Below, in pieces: positions 29,901 through 39,353 of a DNA stretch of 64,000 bases. Location of the stretch: assembly GCA_043762595.1 (NCBI GenBank), contig JAYUMN010000054.1, positions 4,604 to 68,603 of the forward strand, read 5' to 3'. The position numbers and the translations under genes are program-made. Numbering within the stretch: the first letter of the stretch is position 1; the number at the start of each line of letters is the position of its first letter. The stretch is from Frankiales bacterium (GTDB lineage Bacteria > Actinomycetota > Actinomycetes > Mycobacteriales > SCTD01). The notes below the pieces were generated by a model. It worked only from the letters and a program-made list of their open reading frames with translations, was not told the DNA's origin and made no database searches.

Positions 29901-30365
29901 GTGAAGGTCACCCACATCGACCACGTCGGCATCGCCGTCGCCGACCTGGACGCCGCGATCGCGATGTACGAGACGAGCTTCGGCATGCGCTGTGTGCACA
30001 TCGAGGTCAACGTCGAGCAAGGCGTGCGCGAGGCGATGCTCGAGGTCGGCGACTCGGGGTCCTACCTCCAGCTGCTCAGCCCGCTCTCACCCGACACCAC
30101 CATCGGCCGGTTCCTGGCCAGCAGTGGCCCCGGCATCCAGCAGATGGCCTACCGGGTGGACGATCTCGACGAGGTGAGCGCACACCTGCGCAGCCAGGGC
30201 ATGCGCCTGCTGTACGACGAGCCCAAGTCGGGCACGGCCGGCTCCCGGGTGAACTTCATCCACCCCAAAAGTTCCGGCGGCGTGCTGGTGGAGTTGGTCG
30301 AGCCCGGGCCCGGCGGCATCGGCGCCCACGAGTCACCGGCGGCCGGCTACCCGTCGGTAGGCTAG
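29901..30365 (+). CDS. mce: methylmalonyl-CoA / ethylmalonyl-CoA epimerase (VOC family)
   Basis: [24 protein letters not shown]...[12 protein letters not shown]...[25 protein letters not shown] at 29891-29896. Confidence 0.88.
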   Translation: MKVTHIDHVGIAVADLDAAIAMYETSFGMRCVHIEVNVEQGVREAMLEVGDSGSYLQLLSPLSPDTTIGRFLASSGPGIQQMAYRVDDLDEVSAHLRSQGMRLLYDEPKSGTAGSRVNFIHPKSSGGVLVELVEPGPGGIGAHESPAAGYPSVG

Positions 30366-30399
30366 GGGCTGCACCCGCCGCCGTACGAAGGGCTTTGTC

Positions 30400-31737
30400 G
30401 TGAAAGACATCCTCGAGGCCGTGCTCGCCGGCGCCCCCGCCGACGTGGCCGGTCTCAGCCTGCCCGAGTCCTACCTCGGGGTCGTGGTCAGGAAGGGCGA
30501 GCAGGCGATGTTCGAAGGCGTCGCCTCCCGCGACAAGGACCCGAGGCTGAGCCTGCACTTGGACGAGGTGCCCACTCCCGAGCTCGGCCCGGGCGAGGCG
30601 ATCGTCGCGGTCATGGCCTCATCGGTGAACTTCAATACCGTCTGGACCTCGATCTTCGAGCCGGTCAGCACCTTCGGCTTCCTGGAGCGCTATGGCCGGC
30701 TCAACGACCTCACCAAGCGGCACGATCTGCCCTACCACGTCGTCGGCAGCGACCTTTCGGGCGTCGTACTCAGGGTCGGCCCCGGTGTCAGCAAGTGGAA
30801 GGCCGGTGACCAGGTAGTCGCGCACTGCCTGTCGGTGGAGCTCGAGGACCACCAGGGCCACGACGACACGATGATGGATCCCCAGCAACGGATCTGGGGC
30901 TTCGAGACCAACTTCGGCGGGCTCGCCGAGCTGGCCCTGGTCAAGAGCAACCAGCTGATGCCGAAGGCCGCGCATCTCACCTGGGAGGAAGCCGCGGCGC
31001 CGGGACTGGTCAACTCGACGGCTTACCGGCAACTGGTCAGCAAAAACGGTGCGGCGATGAAACAGGGCGACACCGTGCTGATCTGGGGCGCCTCCGGCGG
31101 CCTGGGCTCCTATGCGACGCAGTACGCCCTCAACGGCGGCGCGATCCCGGTCTGCGTCGTCTCGAGCCCGGAGCGGGCGGCGATCGCCCGCCGGATGGGC
31201 GCCGAATTGATCATCGACCGCAGCGCCGAGGGCTATGCGTTCTGGAAGGACGAGCACAACCAGGACCCCAAGGAGTGGCAGCGCTTCGGCAAGCGGATCC
31301 GTGACCTGACCGGTGGCGAGGACATCGACATCGTCTTCGAGCACCCCGGCCGGGAGACCTTCGGCGCCTCGGTCTACGTGACCAAAAAAGGTGGCGTCAT
31401 CACCACCTGCGCATCCACCTCGGGTTACCTGCACCAGTACGACAACCGGTACTTCTGGATGAACCTCAAGCGCATCGTCGGCTCGCACTTCGCTAACTAC
31501 AAGGAGTCGTGGGAGGCCAACCGGCTCATCGCCCGGGGCATGGTGCACCCGACCCTGTCGAAGACCTACCCGCTGGAGCAGACCGGCCAGGCGGCGTACG
31601 ACGTGCACCGCAACCTCCACCAGGGGAAGGTAGGGGTGTTGTGCCTCGCGCCCGAGGAGGGGCTCGGCGTGCAGCCGGCGGCGCAGGAGTTCCGCGCGAC
31701 CCACCTGGCGGCGATCAACCGGTTCCGCGACGAGTGA
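30400..31737 (+). CDS. ccr: crotonyl-CoA carboxylase/reductase
   Basis: 445 aa with LPESYLGVVVRKGEQAMFEG, VAVMASSVNFNTVW, IWGFETNFGGLAE, LIWGASGGLGSYA. Confidence 0.9.
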   Translation: MKDILEAVLAGAPADVAGLSLPESYLGVVVRKGEQAMFEGVASRDKDPRLSLHLDEVPTPELGPGEAIVAVMASSVNFNTVWTSIFEPVSTFGFLERYGRLNDLTKRHDLPYHVVGSDLSGVVLRVGPGVSKWKAGDQVVAHCLSVELEDHQGHDDTMMDPQQRIWGFETNFGGLAELALVKSNQLMPKAAHLTWEEAAAPGLVNSTAYRQLVSKNGAAMKQGDTVLIWGASGGLGSYATQYALNGGAIPVCVVSSPERAAIARRMGAELIIDRSAEGYAFWKDEHNQDPKEWQRFGKRIRDLTGGEDIDIVFEHPGRETFGASVYVTKKGGVITTCASTSGYLHQYDNRYFWMNLKRIVGSHFANYKESWEANRLIARGMVHPTLSKTYPLEQTGQAAYDVHRNLHQGKVGVLCLAPEEGLGVQPAAQEFRATHLAAINRFRDE

Positions 31738-31756
31738 CCCGGCCATACTGGGTGGC

Positions 31757-32518
31757 ATGAGCGATGACGACCTGGTCCCCCTGTCCGACGAAGGCGACGC
31801 CACCGGCTTCGATGTCGTCCTGCGCGGTTACGACCGCCGCCAGGTCGACGAGCACCTGGACAAGGTGGCGCTGGCGTGGTCTGACGCGGACCGCCAGCAC
31901 GCCGACGACAGCGCCCGCCGGACGGCCCTTGAGCAGGAGCTGGCCGCGCAGCAGACCGCGCTCGCCGATGCCGAACAGCGCGCCGCCGGGCTGCCCGAGC
32001 CAGCCAGCCGGCTCGGCGAGCGGCTCGCGGCGATGCTCGAGCTGGCCGAACAGGAGGCCGCCGAGCTGCGGGACCAGGCCCACGCCGAAGCCGAACGCAT
32101 TGTCAGGCAGGCCCAGCAGCAGGCCGACCAGACCACCGCCGAGCGGACCGCGTCGCTCGACCAACGAGAGCGGGAGATCGCGGGCGCCGCGCAGGCCGCC
32201 GAGCAGACCCGGCTGGAGGCACAACGCGACGCCGAACAGGTCCGCAGCCGGGCCAAGCAGGAGGCCGAGACCCTGCTCGCGCAGGCCACCTCGGAGAGCC
32301 GGGCGAAGCGCCAGCGGGCCGAAGAGGACATCAAGATCCTGCATGACGACGCCCGCGCCGAGTCGGCGTCGATGACGTCGGAGGCCCGGCGGCAGGTCAC
32401 CGAACTGTCGCAGCGCCGCGATCTGATCGTTGCCCAGCTGCAGTCGGCGAGCCAGACCCTGTCGCCGGCGCTGCCCGGCCAGGCTGGTGGCCCAGCCGCA
32501 CAGCCCCCGGCACCGTGA
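31757..32518 (+). CDS. DivIVA-domain coiled-coil protein
   Basis: FDVVLRGYDRRQVDEHLDKV, then about 200 aa of Ala/Glu/Gln/Arg coiled coil. Confidence 0.75.
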   Translation: MSDDDLVPLSDEGDATGFDVVLRGYDRRQVDEHLDKVALAWSDADRQHADDSARRTALEQELAAQQTALADAEQRAAGLPEPASRLGERLAAMLELAEQEAAELRDQAHAEAERIVRQAQQQADQTTAERTASLDQREREIAGAAQAAEQTRLEAQRDAEQVRSRAKQEAETLLAQATSESRAKRQRAEEDIKILHDDARAESASMTSEARRQVTELSQRRDLIVAQLQSASQTLSPALPGQAGGPAAQPPAP

Positions 32519-33831
32519 CCGAGCTCGAGGCGGCCCGCGAAGCAGCACAGGACGCCGCCAGTGCGGCCCACCGGGCCGAACAGGCAGAGGACCAGGCCGA
32601 AGCCGCCGAGCAGGGCGCGCAGCGGGCGCAGAGCAAGGCCGAGCAGGCCGAGGCGGGAGCCCGGGAGGCAGCCGAGCTGGCCGCCCACGCGGCCATCGAG
32701 ACGGACCAGATCGAGGGGCCGCACGACCCGGCGCTTGAGTCGGTGCTGCGGCGGATCGAGGCGCAGGTCAGTGAGGACGCGCCGTACGGCGTACCGGGAC
32801 CCCCGATCAGCCGCCGCTCGCCGTTTCACATCGCTTTCACCGCGGCGCTCGGGGTGGCCCTGGCCTATCTGCTGATCCGGGCCGTCGTCACCGTCCGGTC
32901 GGTGCTCCTGCTGCTGGTGGTCTCGGGCTTCCTGGCGATCGGCCTCAACCCGGCGGTCGAGTGGTTCGAGCGGCGCGGGATCGGTCGCGGTCGGGCGGTC
33001 GGGATCGTGCTCGTCATCGTCCTGCTGCTGTTCGCGGGCTTCGCGTTCGCCATCGTGCCGCCGATCGTCGAGCAGGGCCAACAGCTCTACGACAAGGCGC
33101 CGGACTACCTCCAGCAGCTCCAGCGCAACCGCCAGATCGCCCGCCTGGATGAGCAGTTCCACGTGATCAAGCAGGGCCAGGACTATCTCAACAGGGGCAA
33201 CGTCGGCGCGTCGGCGTTCGGCGGGGTGCTCGGGGTCGGCAAGTTCGTGTTCAACGCGCTGTTCACGTCCATCACCGTGCTGACGCTGACGCTGTACTTC
33301 ATGGCCAACCTGCCCACCATGAAGCGAGCCGCCTACCGCAGCGTCCCGCGGAGCCGGCGGGCCCGCGTCGGGATCTTGTCCGACGACATGCTCGAGCGAG
33401 TCGGCGGGTATGTGCTCGGCTGCCTCACGATCGCCGGTGTGGCCGGTGCCACGTCGTTCATCATGCTGCTCCTGCTGGGCGTTCCCTATCCCTTGCCGCT
33501 CGCCCTGGTCGTGACGTTCACCGACCTCATCCCGGTCATCGGGGCAACCATTGGCGCGGCGGTCGTGACTCTGGTGGCGTTCCTCGTCTCGGTGCCGGTC
33601 GGGCTCGGTGTCGGCGGCTTTTACCTCGTCTACCAGCAGTTCGAGAACTTTGTGCTCTACCCGCGGATCATGAAGCGTTCAGTCGACGTCTCGCCGGCCA
33701 CGACGGTCGTGGCGATCCTGATCGGTGGCTCCCTGCTCGGCATCCTCGGCGCCCTGCTGGCGATCCCGATCGCGGCCGCCGTCCAACTGGTGCTTCAGGA
33801 GGTCCTGCTACCCCGCCAGGAGCAGGTCTGA
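32515..33831 (+). CDS. AI-2E family (PerM/UPF0118) transporter with about 100-aa coiled-coil N-terminal extension
   Basis: GFLAIGLNPAVEWFERRGIGRG, FTDLIPVIGATIGAAV, LLGILGALLAIPIAAAV. GTGA overlap with the upstream stop. Confidence 0.85.
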   Translation: MTELEAAREAAQDAASAAHRAEQAEDQAEAAEQGAQRAQSKAEQAEAGAREAAELAAHAAIETDQIEGPHDPALESVLRRIEAQVSEDAPYGVPGPPISRRSPFHIAFTAALGVALAYLLIRAVVTVRSVLLLLVVSGFLAIGLNPAVEWFERRGIGRGRAVGIVLVIVLLLFAGFAFAIVPPIVEQGQQLYDKAPDYLQQLQRNRQIARLDEQFHVIKQGQDYLNRGNVGASAFGGVLGVGKFVFNALFTSITVLTLTLYFMANLPTMKRAAYRSVPRSRRARVGILSDDMLERVGGYVLGCLTIAGVAGATSFIMLLLLGVPYPLPLALVVTFTDLIPVIGATIGAAVVTLVAFLVSVPVGLGVGGFYLVYQQFENFVLYPRIMKRSVDVSPATTVVAILIGGSLLGILGALLAIPIAAAVQLVLQEVLLPRQEQV

Positions 33832-33838
33832 CCCCGGC

Positions 33839-34570
33839 TCAGGGGTAGTACCTGGGCAGCGGGAACGACGCCGGTGCGACCCGCTGGACGATCTCGTCCA
33901 GGACCGTGTCGGCGTAGCCGACCCACAGGTGCTTGGCCCGGTCGACGCCGACCACCTCGGCCTGCGGCACGGCCCTGAACCGCTCGCGCGCCTCGGCTGG
34001 CCGCAGGTAGTCGTCGAGCTCGGGGACGAGCGCGAGAAGCGGCTTGCCGGAGACCCCCCACGACGTGAGATCGGCCGGGGTCGAGAAACGCAGCGGCGGG
34101 CTGAGCAGGACGGCACCGACGACGGTCGGATCGCAGCCGTAGCGCAAGGCCAGATCGGTCCCGAAGCTCCAGCCGACCAGCCAGACCGTCGGCAGGTCGA
34201 GCGCCTCGCACAGGTCCAGGGCCGCAGCGACGTCGTACCGCTCGGTGTCGGCGTTGCCGAACGCACCCTCGCTGGTGCCCTGAGCACTGGTCGTGCCGCG
34301 GGTGTTGAAGCGCAGCACCGCGAGCCCGGCCAGCGCCGGGAGCCGATTGGCCATCTTCTTGAGCAGGTGGCTGTCCATCATGCCGCCGCCGCTCGGCAGC
34401 GGGTGCAGGCAGACCAGCGTCGCGACCGGCGGCCGACCTGCCGGCAGTGCCAGCTCACCGACGAGCCGCAGGCCGTCCGTCGTCTCCAGGGTGACCGGGC
34501 GCCGTTCGGCCGGCAGCACCGTGTTGGCGCGGATTTCCGGCATGCCCACCTTCCCTTCCTCGCCGATCAT
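33839..34570 (-). CDS. alpha/beta-fold hydrolase
   Basis: LVCLHPLP...GGMMDS, nucleophile elbow LVGWSFGTDLAL, about 243 aa. Confidence 0.75.
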   Translation of the reverse strand: MIGEEGKVGMPEIRANTVLPAERRPVTLETTDGLRLVGELALPAGRPPVATLVCLHPLPSGGGMMDSHLLKKMANRLPALAGLAVLRFNTRGTTSAQGTSEGAFGNADTERYDVAAALDLCEALDLPTVWLVGWSFGTDLALRYGCDPTVVGAVLLSPPLRFSTPADLTSWGVSGKPLLALVPELDDYLRPAEARERFRAVPQAEVVGVDRAKHLWVGYADTVLDEIVQRVAPASFPLPRYYP

Positions 34571-34703
34571 GGACAGTGTGCGGTCCCGCCAGCGCGGACA
34601 CCCCCGACCTGTCCGATCGTGCCGATCTGGTCGCCATCATCGGCGTGTTGCCGACAACATCGTCAAGGTCAGCCAGCGGTTGGGCGTCAAGCACACCAGC
34701 GGA

Positions 34704-35012
34704 TCAGTGTCGTGGGGCGCCCCGGCCGCGTAGGACCCCCGGCGCGCGACGGGCCCGGGCCCCCCAGCACGGGGTGTGCCAGTGTCGGCGCGAGTCCGGG
34801 TCGCCAGTCGGCCAGGCCACGATGTGCGGGACCCGGCTGATCTCCTGGTCACAACCCGGGCAGCGGTGTACCCGGTCGGACGCCCCGACCGAGCGGACGG
34901 TGGCGCCGCCCACGGTCTGCTCGCCGGCCGGCAACCGCAACGGCTCGTCCGAGCTGCGCAGCGCCGCGAGCGCCTCCGCGTGCCGGGCGGCGCGCCGCGA
35001 TCCCTTGCCCAT
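34704..35012 (-). CDS. small conserved-looking zinc-ribbon protein
   Basis: HRCPGCDQEI...RRHWHTPCW. It lies directly downstream of the dehydrogenase gene. The C-terminal tail is low-complexity, so the end is uncertain. Confidence 0.5.
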   Translation of the reverse strand: MGKGSRRAARHAEALAALRSSDEPLRLPAGEQTVGGATVRSVGASDRVHRCPGCDQEISRVPHIVAWPTGDPDSRRHWHTPCWGARARRAPGVLRGRGAPRH

Positions 35013-35017
35013 CCGCG

Positions 35018-36796
35018 CTACCGCTTGGCGTAGTCGCGGAAGCCCCGACCGGTTTTGCGGCCGAGGTAGCCGGCCTTGACCAGGTGCTCGAGCATCGGCG
35101 CGGGAGCGTGGCCGGGCTCGCGGAACTCGTCGTACAGCGTCTTCTGGATGGCCAGGCTCACGTCGAGTCCGACGACGTCCAGCAGCGCGAATGGTCCCAT
35201 CGGGTGGCCGCAGCCGACTGTCATCGCGGCGTCCATGTCGTCGATCGTGGCGTAGTGCGCCTCAAGCATCCGGACCGCGTCGTTGAGGTAGGGAAACAGC
35301 AGCGCATTGACGATGAACCCGGCCCGGTCGCCGCACAGCACCGGATGCTTGTCGAGCTTCGTGCACAGCGCCAGCACGGTGGCAACGACGTCGGGCGCGG
35401 TGGTGACCGTCGGGACGATCTCGACCAGCTTCATCACCGTCGCCGGGTTGAACCAGTGCATGCCGACAACGTCGCCCGGTCGCGACGTCGCGGTCGCGCA
35501 CTCGATGACCGGCAGCGACGAGGTGGTCGTGGCGAGGACCGCGCCAGGCTTCATCACGTCGTCCAGCGCCGAGAACAGCGCTCTTTTGATCGCCAGCTCC
35601 TCCACGACGGCTTCGATGACCAGATCGCAGTCGGCGAGGTCGTCCAGCGAGGTGGTGCCGGTCACGTGCACGAGCGTCGCCGCCTGCTCGTCATCGGTGA
35701 GCTTGCCTCGTTGCACAGCTTTGTCGAGCGAGCCCGTCAACCTCGCGAGGGCACCGGCAATCTTGTCCTGCCCGCGGGCCCGGAACACCACGTCGTAGCC
35801 GGCCTTGGCACAGACCTCGATGATGCCGACCGCCATCGTGCCGGTGCCGACGACCCCGATGCGGGTGATCGGCCGCGCGGTCGCCCCCGACGACGCGGCC
35901 GGGGTGTCGCTGTCGGCGACGACCTGCGAGGTGTCCTTGCCGGCGTATCTGTAAAAGCCGCGGCCACTCTTGCGGCCGAGCAACCCGGCGGTGACGTACT
36001 GCTTGAGCATCGGCGCGGGCGCGTGCAGATGGTCGCGCGACTGGGCGTACATCGTCTCGAGGATCTCGTACGCCGAGTCGAGGCCAATCAGGTCGAGCAG
36101 CGCGAGCGGGCCCATCGGGTGGCCGCAGCCGAGGCGCATCGCCGCGTCGATGTCCTCGCGGCTGGCGAAGCGCGATTCATACATCCGGACGGCACTGTTG
36201 AGGTAGCCGAACAGCAGCGCGTTGGCGATGAAGCCAGCCCGGTCACCGGCGATGGCCGCGGTCTTGCCGACCTGGGCGACGAGCGCCTCGACGTCTTCGA
36301 CGACCGACGGGTCGGTCACGACGGTTCTCACCACCTCGACCAGCCCCATCACCGGGGCCGGGTTGAACCAGTGCAGGCCCACCACCCGGGACGGCCGCCC
36401 GGTCGAGGTGGCCAGCTCGGTCACCGACAGCGCGGAGGTGTTCGTGGCGAGCACCGCGTCGGCGGGCAGCAGCGCATCGAGCTTGGCGAACAGCTCGCGC
36501 TTTTGCTCCATCCGCTCCGGAATTGCCTCGACGACCAGCTCGCAATCGGCGAGGGCGGCCAGATCTGTACCGGTCGAGATCCGGCTGAGCAGCTCGTCGA
36601 CCTCGGTCTGGCTGATCTTGCCGCGCTTGAGCGCCCGCCCGGTGGAAGCGGCCAGGTGGCCGTGCGCGCGCTCGACCGCTGCCTGGTCGTGCTCCACCCC
36701 GACGACCTGCACTCCGGAGCGCGCCAGCACCTCGGCGATGCCGGCACCCATCGTGCCGAGACCGACTACACCGATCTTGCTAAACGCGCGTGCCAC
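35018..36796 (-). CDS. tandem-duplicated 3-hydroxyacyl-CoA (3-hydroxybutyryl-CoA) dehydrogenase
   Basis: Two full HBD units: IGVVGLGTMGAGIAEVLARSG...FIANALL...GHPMGPLALLDLIGLD, and IGVVGTGTMAVGIIEVCAKAG...FIVNALL...GHPMGPFALLDVVGLD. Confidence 0.88.
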   Translation of the reverse strand: MARAFSKIGVVGLGTMGAGIAEVLARSGVQVVGVEHDQAAVERAHGHLAASTGRALKRGKISQTEVDELLSRISTGTDLAALADCELVVEAIPERMEQKRELFAKLDALLPADAVLATNTSALSVTELATSTGRPSRVVGLHWFNPAPVMGLVEVVRTVVTDPSVVEDVEALVAQVGKTAAIAGDRAGFIANALLFGYLNSAVRMYESRFASREDIDAAMRLGCGHPMGPLALLDLIGLDSAYEILETMYAQSRDHLHAPAPMLKQYVTAGLLGRKSGRGFYRYAGKDTSQVVADSDTPAASSGATARPITRIGVVGTGTMAVGIIEVCAKAGYDVVFRARGQDKIAGALARLTGSLDKAVQRGKLTDDEQAATLVHVTGTTSLDDLADCDLVIEAVVEELAIKRALFSALDDVMKPGAVLATTTSSLPVIECATATSRPGDVVGMHWFNPATVMKLVEIVPTVTTAPDVVATVLALCTKLDKHPVLCGDRAGFIVNALLFPYLNDAVRMLEAHYATIDDMDAAMTVGCGHPMGPFALLDVVGLDVSLAIQKTLYDEFREPGHAPAPMLEHLVKAGYLGRKTGRGFRDYAKR

Positions 36797-36838
36797 GGGA
36801 TCTCCCTGCTCGTCGGAGCGCCGAGTCTCCCAGACAGC

Positions 36839-37492
36839 TCAGAACAGGGTCGGCGTCGCGCTCTGCATCCCGCGCAGCGCGTCGTAGTCGAGCTGGACAC
36901 AGACGATCCCCCGATCGGCGGCCAGCACCTTGGCCTGCGGCTTGAAGCTCTGCGCTGCCAGGACGCCCTGCACCTGCCCCAGCACGGTCGAGACCCGCTG
37001 CAGGTAGCGGGTGAGCTGCTCAACGCCGTCGATCTCGGCGTGCCGCTTCACCTCGACCAGCACGTGCGCGCCGGCGGCATCGCGGCACAGCAGGTCGACT
37101 GGCCCGATGTCGGTGAAGTACTCCCGCTGGACGAGCGTCCAGCCCTCGCCGAGCACGTGGCACTGCTCGGCGAGCAGCGCCTGCAGGTGCTTCTCGACAC
37201 CGTCCTTGACCAGGCCAGGGTCGATCCCCAGCTCGTGCGAGCTGTCGTGCAGCACCTCCTCGACGGCGATCACCAGCTGCTCACCCGCGTTGTTGGTCAC
37301 GGTCCAGACGCCGTCCACCTCATGCGTTCTACACGGCGGGCTCATCCACATGAGCGGCTTGAACGCCCGGTCGTCGGCGTGGATCGACACCGAGCCGTCG
37401 GCCTTGACGAGCAACAGCCGGACCGCAACGGGCAGGTGGGCGGTCAGCCGGCCGACGTAGTCGACGGTGCAGCGGGCGAGGACGAGACGCAC
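36839..37492 (-). CDS. nucS: endonuclease NucS (EndoMS, non-canonical mismatch repair)
   Basis: [21 protein letters not shown]...[16 protein letters not shown]...[22 protein letters not shown] start. Confidence 0.93.
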   Translation of the reverse strand: MRLVLARCTVDYVGRLTAHLPVAVRLLLVKADGSVSIHADDRAFKPLMWMSPPCRTHEVDGVWTVTNNAGEQLVIAVEEVLHDSSHELGIDPGLVKDGVEKHLQALLAEQCHVLGEGWTLVQREYFTDIGPVDLLCRDAAGAHVLVEVKRHAEIDGVEQLTRYLQRVSTVLGQVQGVLAAQSFKPQAKVLAADRGIVCVQLDYDALRGMQSATPTLF

Positions 37493-37525
37493 GTGTCAAG
37501 GCTAGGCCAGGGCGTGCAGCAGACT

Positions 37526-39349
37526 GTGCCGGTGAGTACGCCCGAGCAGCACCGGCCGCCCGTCTACGCCTGCGCGGCGGGGGCGGTCCTGCACGCGCAC
37601 TCGGCGAGCACGCTCGAGCCGGCAGTGCTGCTCTACACCTTCCTGCCGCCCGGTGCGGGCGACCGGCTCGACGCGCTCGACGCGCGGGTCGACGTGCACG
37701 GCGACGGGCCCGGCTCGGCCACCGTCACCGTGCGGGTGCTGTCGGAGGGCCAGTCGCTGTCGTGGCAGCTGCCGCTCGCGCCGTTCGTCGCGGCGCTGCC
37801 AGGACAGCCCGGCGACGACGGCCGGATGGTGCTACTCGGGGTCGTCGACGCCGAGCCCGAGCAAGGCTTCTGGGCCGAGCCGGTGGACTGCGAACGGCTG
37901 GCCGCCGAGTTGCAGTTGCCGGTCGCAGACCTCGTCGACGCCCTGCGTGGGCGCCTCACCCCGTGGCTGGCCGACGACGTCGATGTACTGCTCCACGACG
38001 ACGCGCACGAGCACGCCGCTGACCTCTCACCCGCACAGACCCTCGCCGCCGCCGTGCTCGCCACCTACCGGGGTGATCTCACCGCCGAGCAGGCCACCGG
38101 CCGGCTGCTGCGAGCCTTCGACATGGCACCGGAGGAGTTCCAGACCGAGCTTGGCGGCCGCCTGTGCACGGCGCTGGTCGCTGCGGTCAGCGCGGCGGGG
38201 GCGACCGGCATCGCCACCGTGCTGGAGCAGACGGGCCCATTCGAGCCCGAGGTGCTCCGGCTGCTCGCCGACCTGCCTGCGCGGCTCCGCCCGGACGACC
38301 CGGCCGCCGATGACGCCCGCACTGCGGCCGACGTCGTACTGGCGGGTTCCGACCACGACGAGTCGGTGCGCGCCGCGGTCGCCGCGATCGCCCGGCTGGC
38401 GCGCGCCGCGTTCGGCGAGGGCCTCGCCGACGAGGACCTGCTGCAGCGGGTGAGCATGGTGAGCGACCAGGGCCTGGCCCGGCTGGCCGGGCTCTGGGTC
38501 GATCTGGCCGCTGCCGCATCGGCCACCGGGGAGCGCGACGACGTGACCGCAGCGGGACTGGCCGACCGGGTCGCCGCAACCGGCGCGCCCGGCGCCGGCT
38601 GGCTACGGGCCACCGCGGTCGCCTTGGCGGCGCTGGCGACGCAGGCAGCCGGGCGGGGCACCGCCCGGCTGGCTGAGCCACTCGAACAGGTGGCCGTCTC
38701 ACTCGTCGACCATCCCCGGCCGGGCGAGGGCGTCGAGCCGGCCCAGGCCGCCGGCACGCTGCGGGCCTGCCTCCAGCTGGCGCGGTACGCCCGGTCGCGA
38801 GCCGGCGCCGGTCCGGGGTCATGGCTGCAGCTGCCAGTGGTCCCGGCCGCCCACGCAGTCGGGAGTGCGCTCGCCGGCGGACTGGACCGGGAGCTCGCCC
38901 TGGACCTGCTCGGCGAGCTGCTCGAGAGCGACGTGCAGGCGCCGGACCTGATCGAGGCGTTCGTCTGCAGCACCGCCCAACTGCTGATCGAGCTCGACCC
39001 GCTGGACGGTCCGGAGCTACTGCGGGCGCAGGTCCTCGAGCTGTTGGCTGCGGTCCCTGGCGGCGCCAAGGGGGCCCGCTGGCTGCTCACGGCGTGCCTA
39101 CGCGAGGCTCCGGAGCATGACCCGGCCGCGACCGACCTCGGTCCGTTCGTGGCCGGCGAGCCGGTGGTGGATGTCGACCGGCTGGCCGGCCGGATCGGCA
39201 AGCGTGGGGTCCTCGACGCCGGGCTGCGGTGCCTCGACGCGCTGGCGGCGAGCTTCGGCGAAGCCGCCGGCCTGTCGAGGGCGGAAGTACTCGGCCTCGT
39301 GCTGCCCGGTTCGCTGGCCGAGCACGACCTGCTGCGCCGGCCCGCCTGA
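37526..39349 (+). CDS. hypothetical acidic Ala/Leu-rich protein (about 607 aa), no family recognised
   Basis: Strong GC3 and natural D/E/L/A composition from about 37.5 kb to the TGA at 39347-39349. Candidate GTG starts at 37493, 37514, 37526 and 37532. The upstream part of track ORF 35084 is an antisense shadow of hbd and nucS. Confidence 0.6.
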   Translation: MPVSTPEQHRPPVYACAAGAVLHAHSASTLEPAVLLYTFLPPGAGDRLDALDARVDVHGDGPGSATVTVRVLSEGQSLSWQLPLAPFVAALPGQPGDDGRMVLLGVVDAEPEQGFWAEPVDCERLAAELQLPVADLVDALRGRLTPWLADDVDVLLHDDAHEHAADLSPAQTLAAAVLATYRGDLTAEQATGRLLRAFDMAPEEFQTELGGRLCTALVAAVSAAGATGIATVLEQTGPFEPEVLRLLADLPARLRPDDPAADDARTAADVVLAGSDHDESVRAAVAAIARLARAAFGEGLADEDLLQRVSMVSDQGLARLAGLWVDLAAAASATGERDDVTAAGLADRVAATGAPGAGWLRATAVALAALATQAAGRGTARLAEPLEQVAVSLVDHPRPGEGVEPAQAAGTLRACLQLARYARSRAGAGPGSWLQLPVVPAAHAVGSALAGGLDRELALDLLGELLESDVQAPDLIEAFVCSTAQLLIELDPLDGPELLRAQVLELLAAVPGGAKGARWLLTACLREAPEHDPAATDLGPFVAGEPVVDVDRLAGRIGKRGVLDAGLRCLDALAASFGEAAGLSRAEVLGLVLPGSLAEHDLLRRPA

Positions 39350-39353
39350 GCCG

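Noticed and set aside
28644-30365. 573-aa plus-strand ORF
   Set aside because: The 5' 419 codons are antisense to the thiolase gene. Only the 3' 154 codons from the GTG at 29901 (with a GAGGAG RBS) form the epimerase.
35084-39349. 1421-aa plus-strand ORF, the longest in the track
   Set aside because: It is chimeric. The first roughly 2.4 kb lies antisense to the dehydrogenase gene (35018-36796) and nucS (36839-37492). That part has the Arg/Gly/His/Asp-rich shadow-ORF composition typical of high-GC DNA. Only the part downstream of about 37.5 kb looks genuinely coding.
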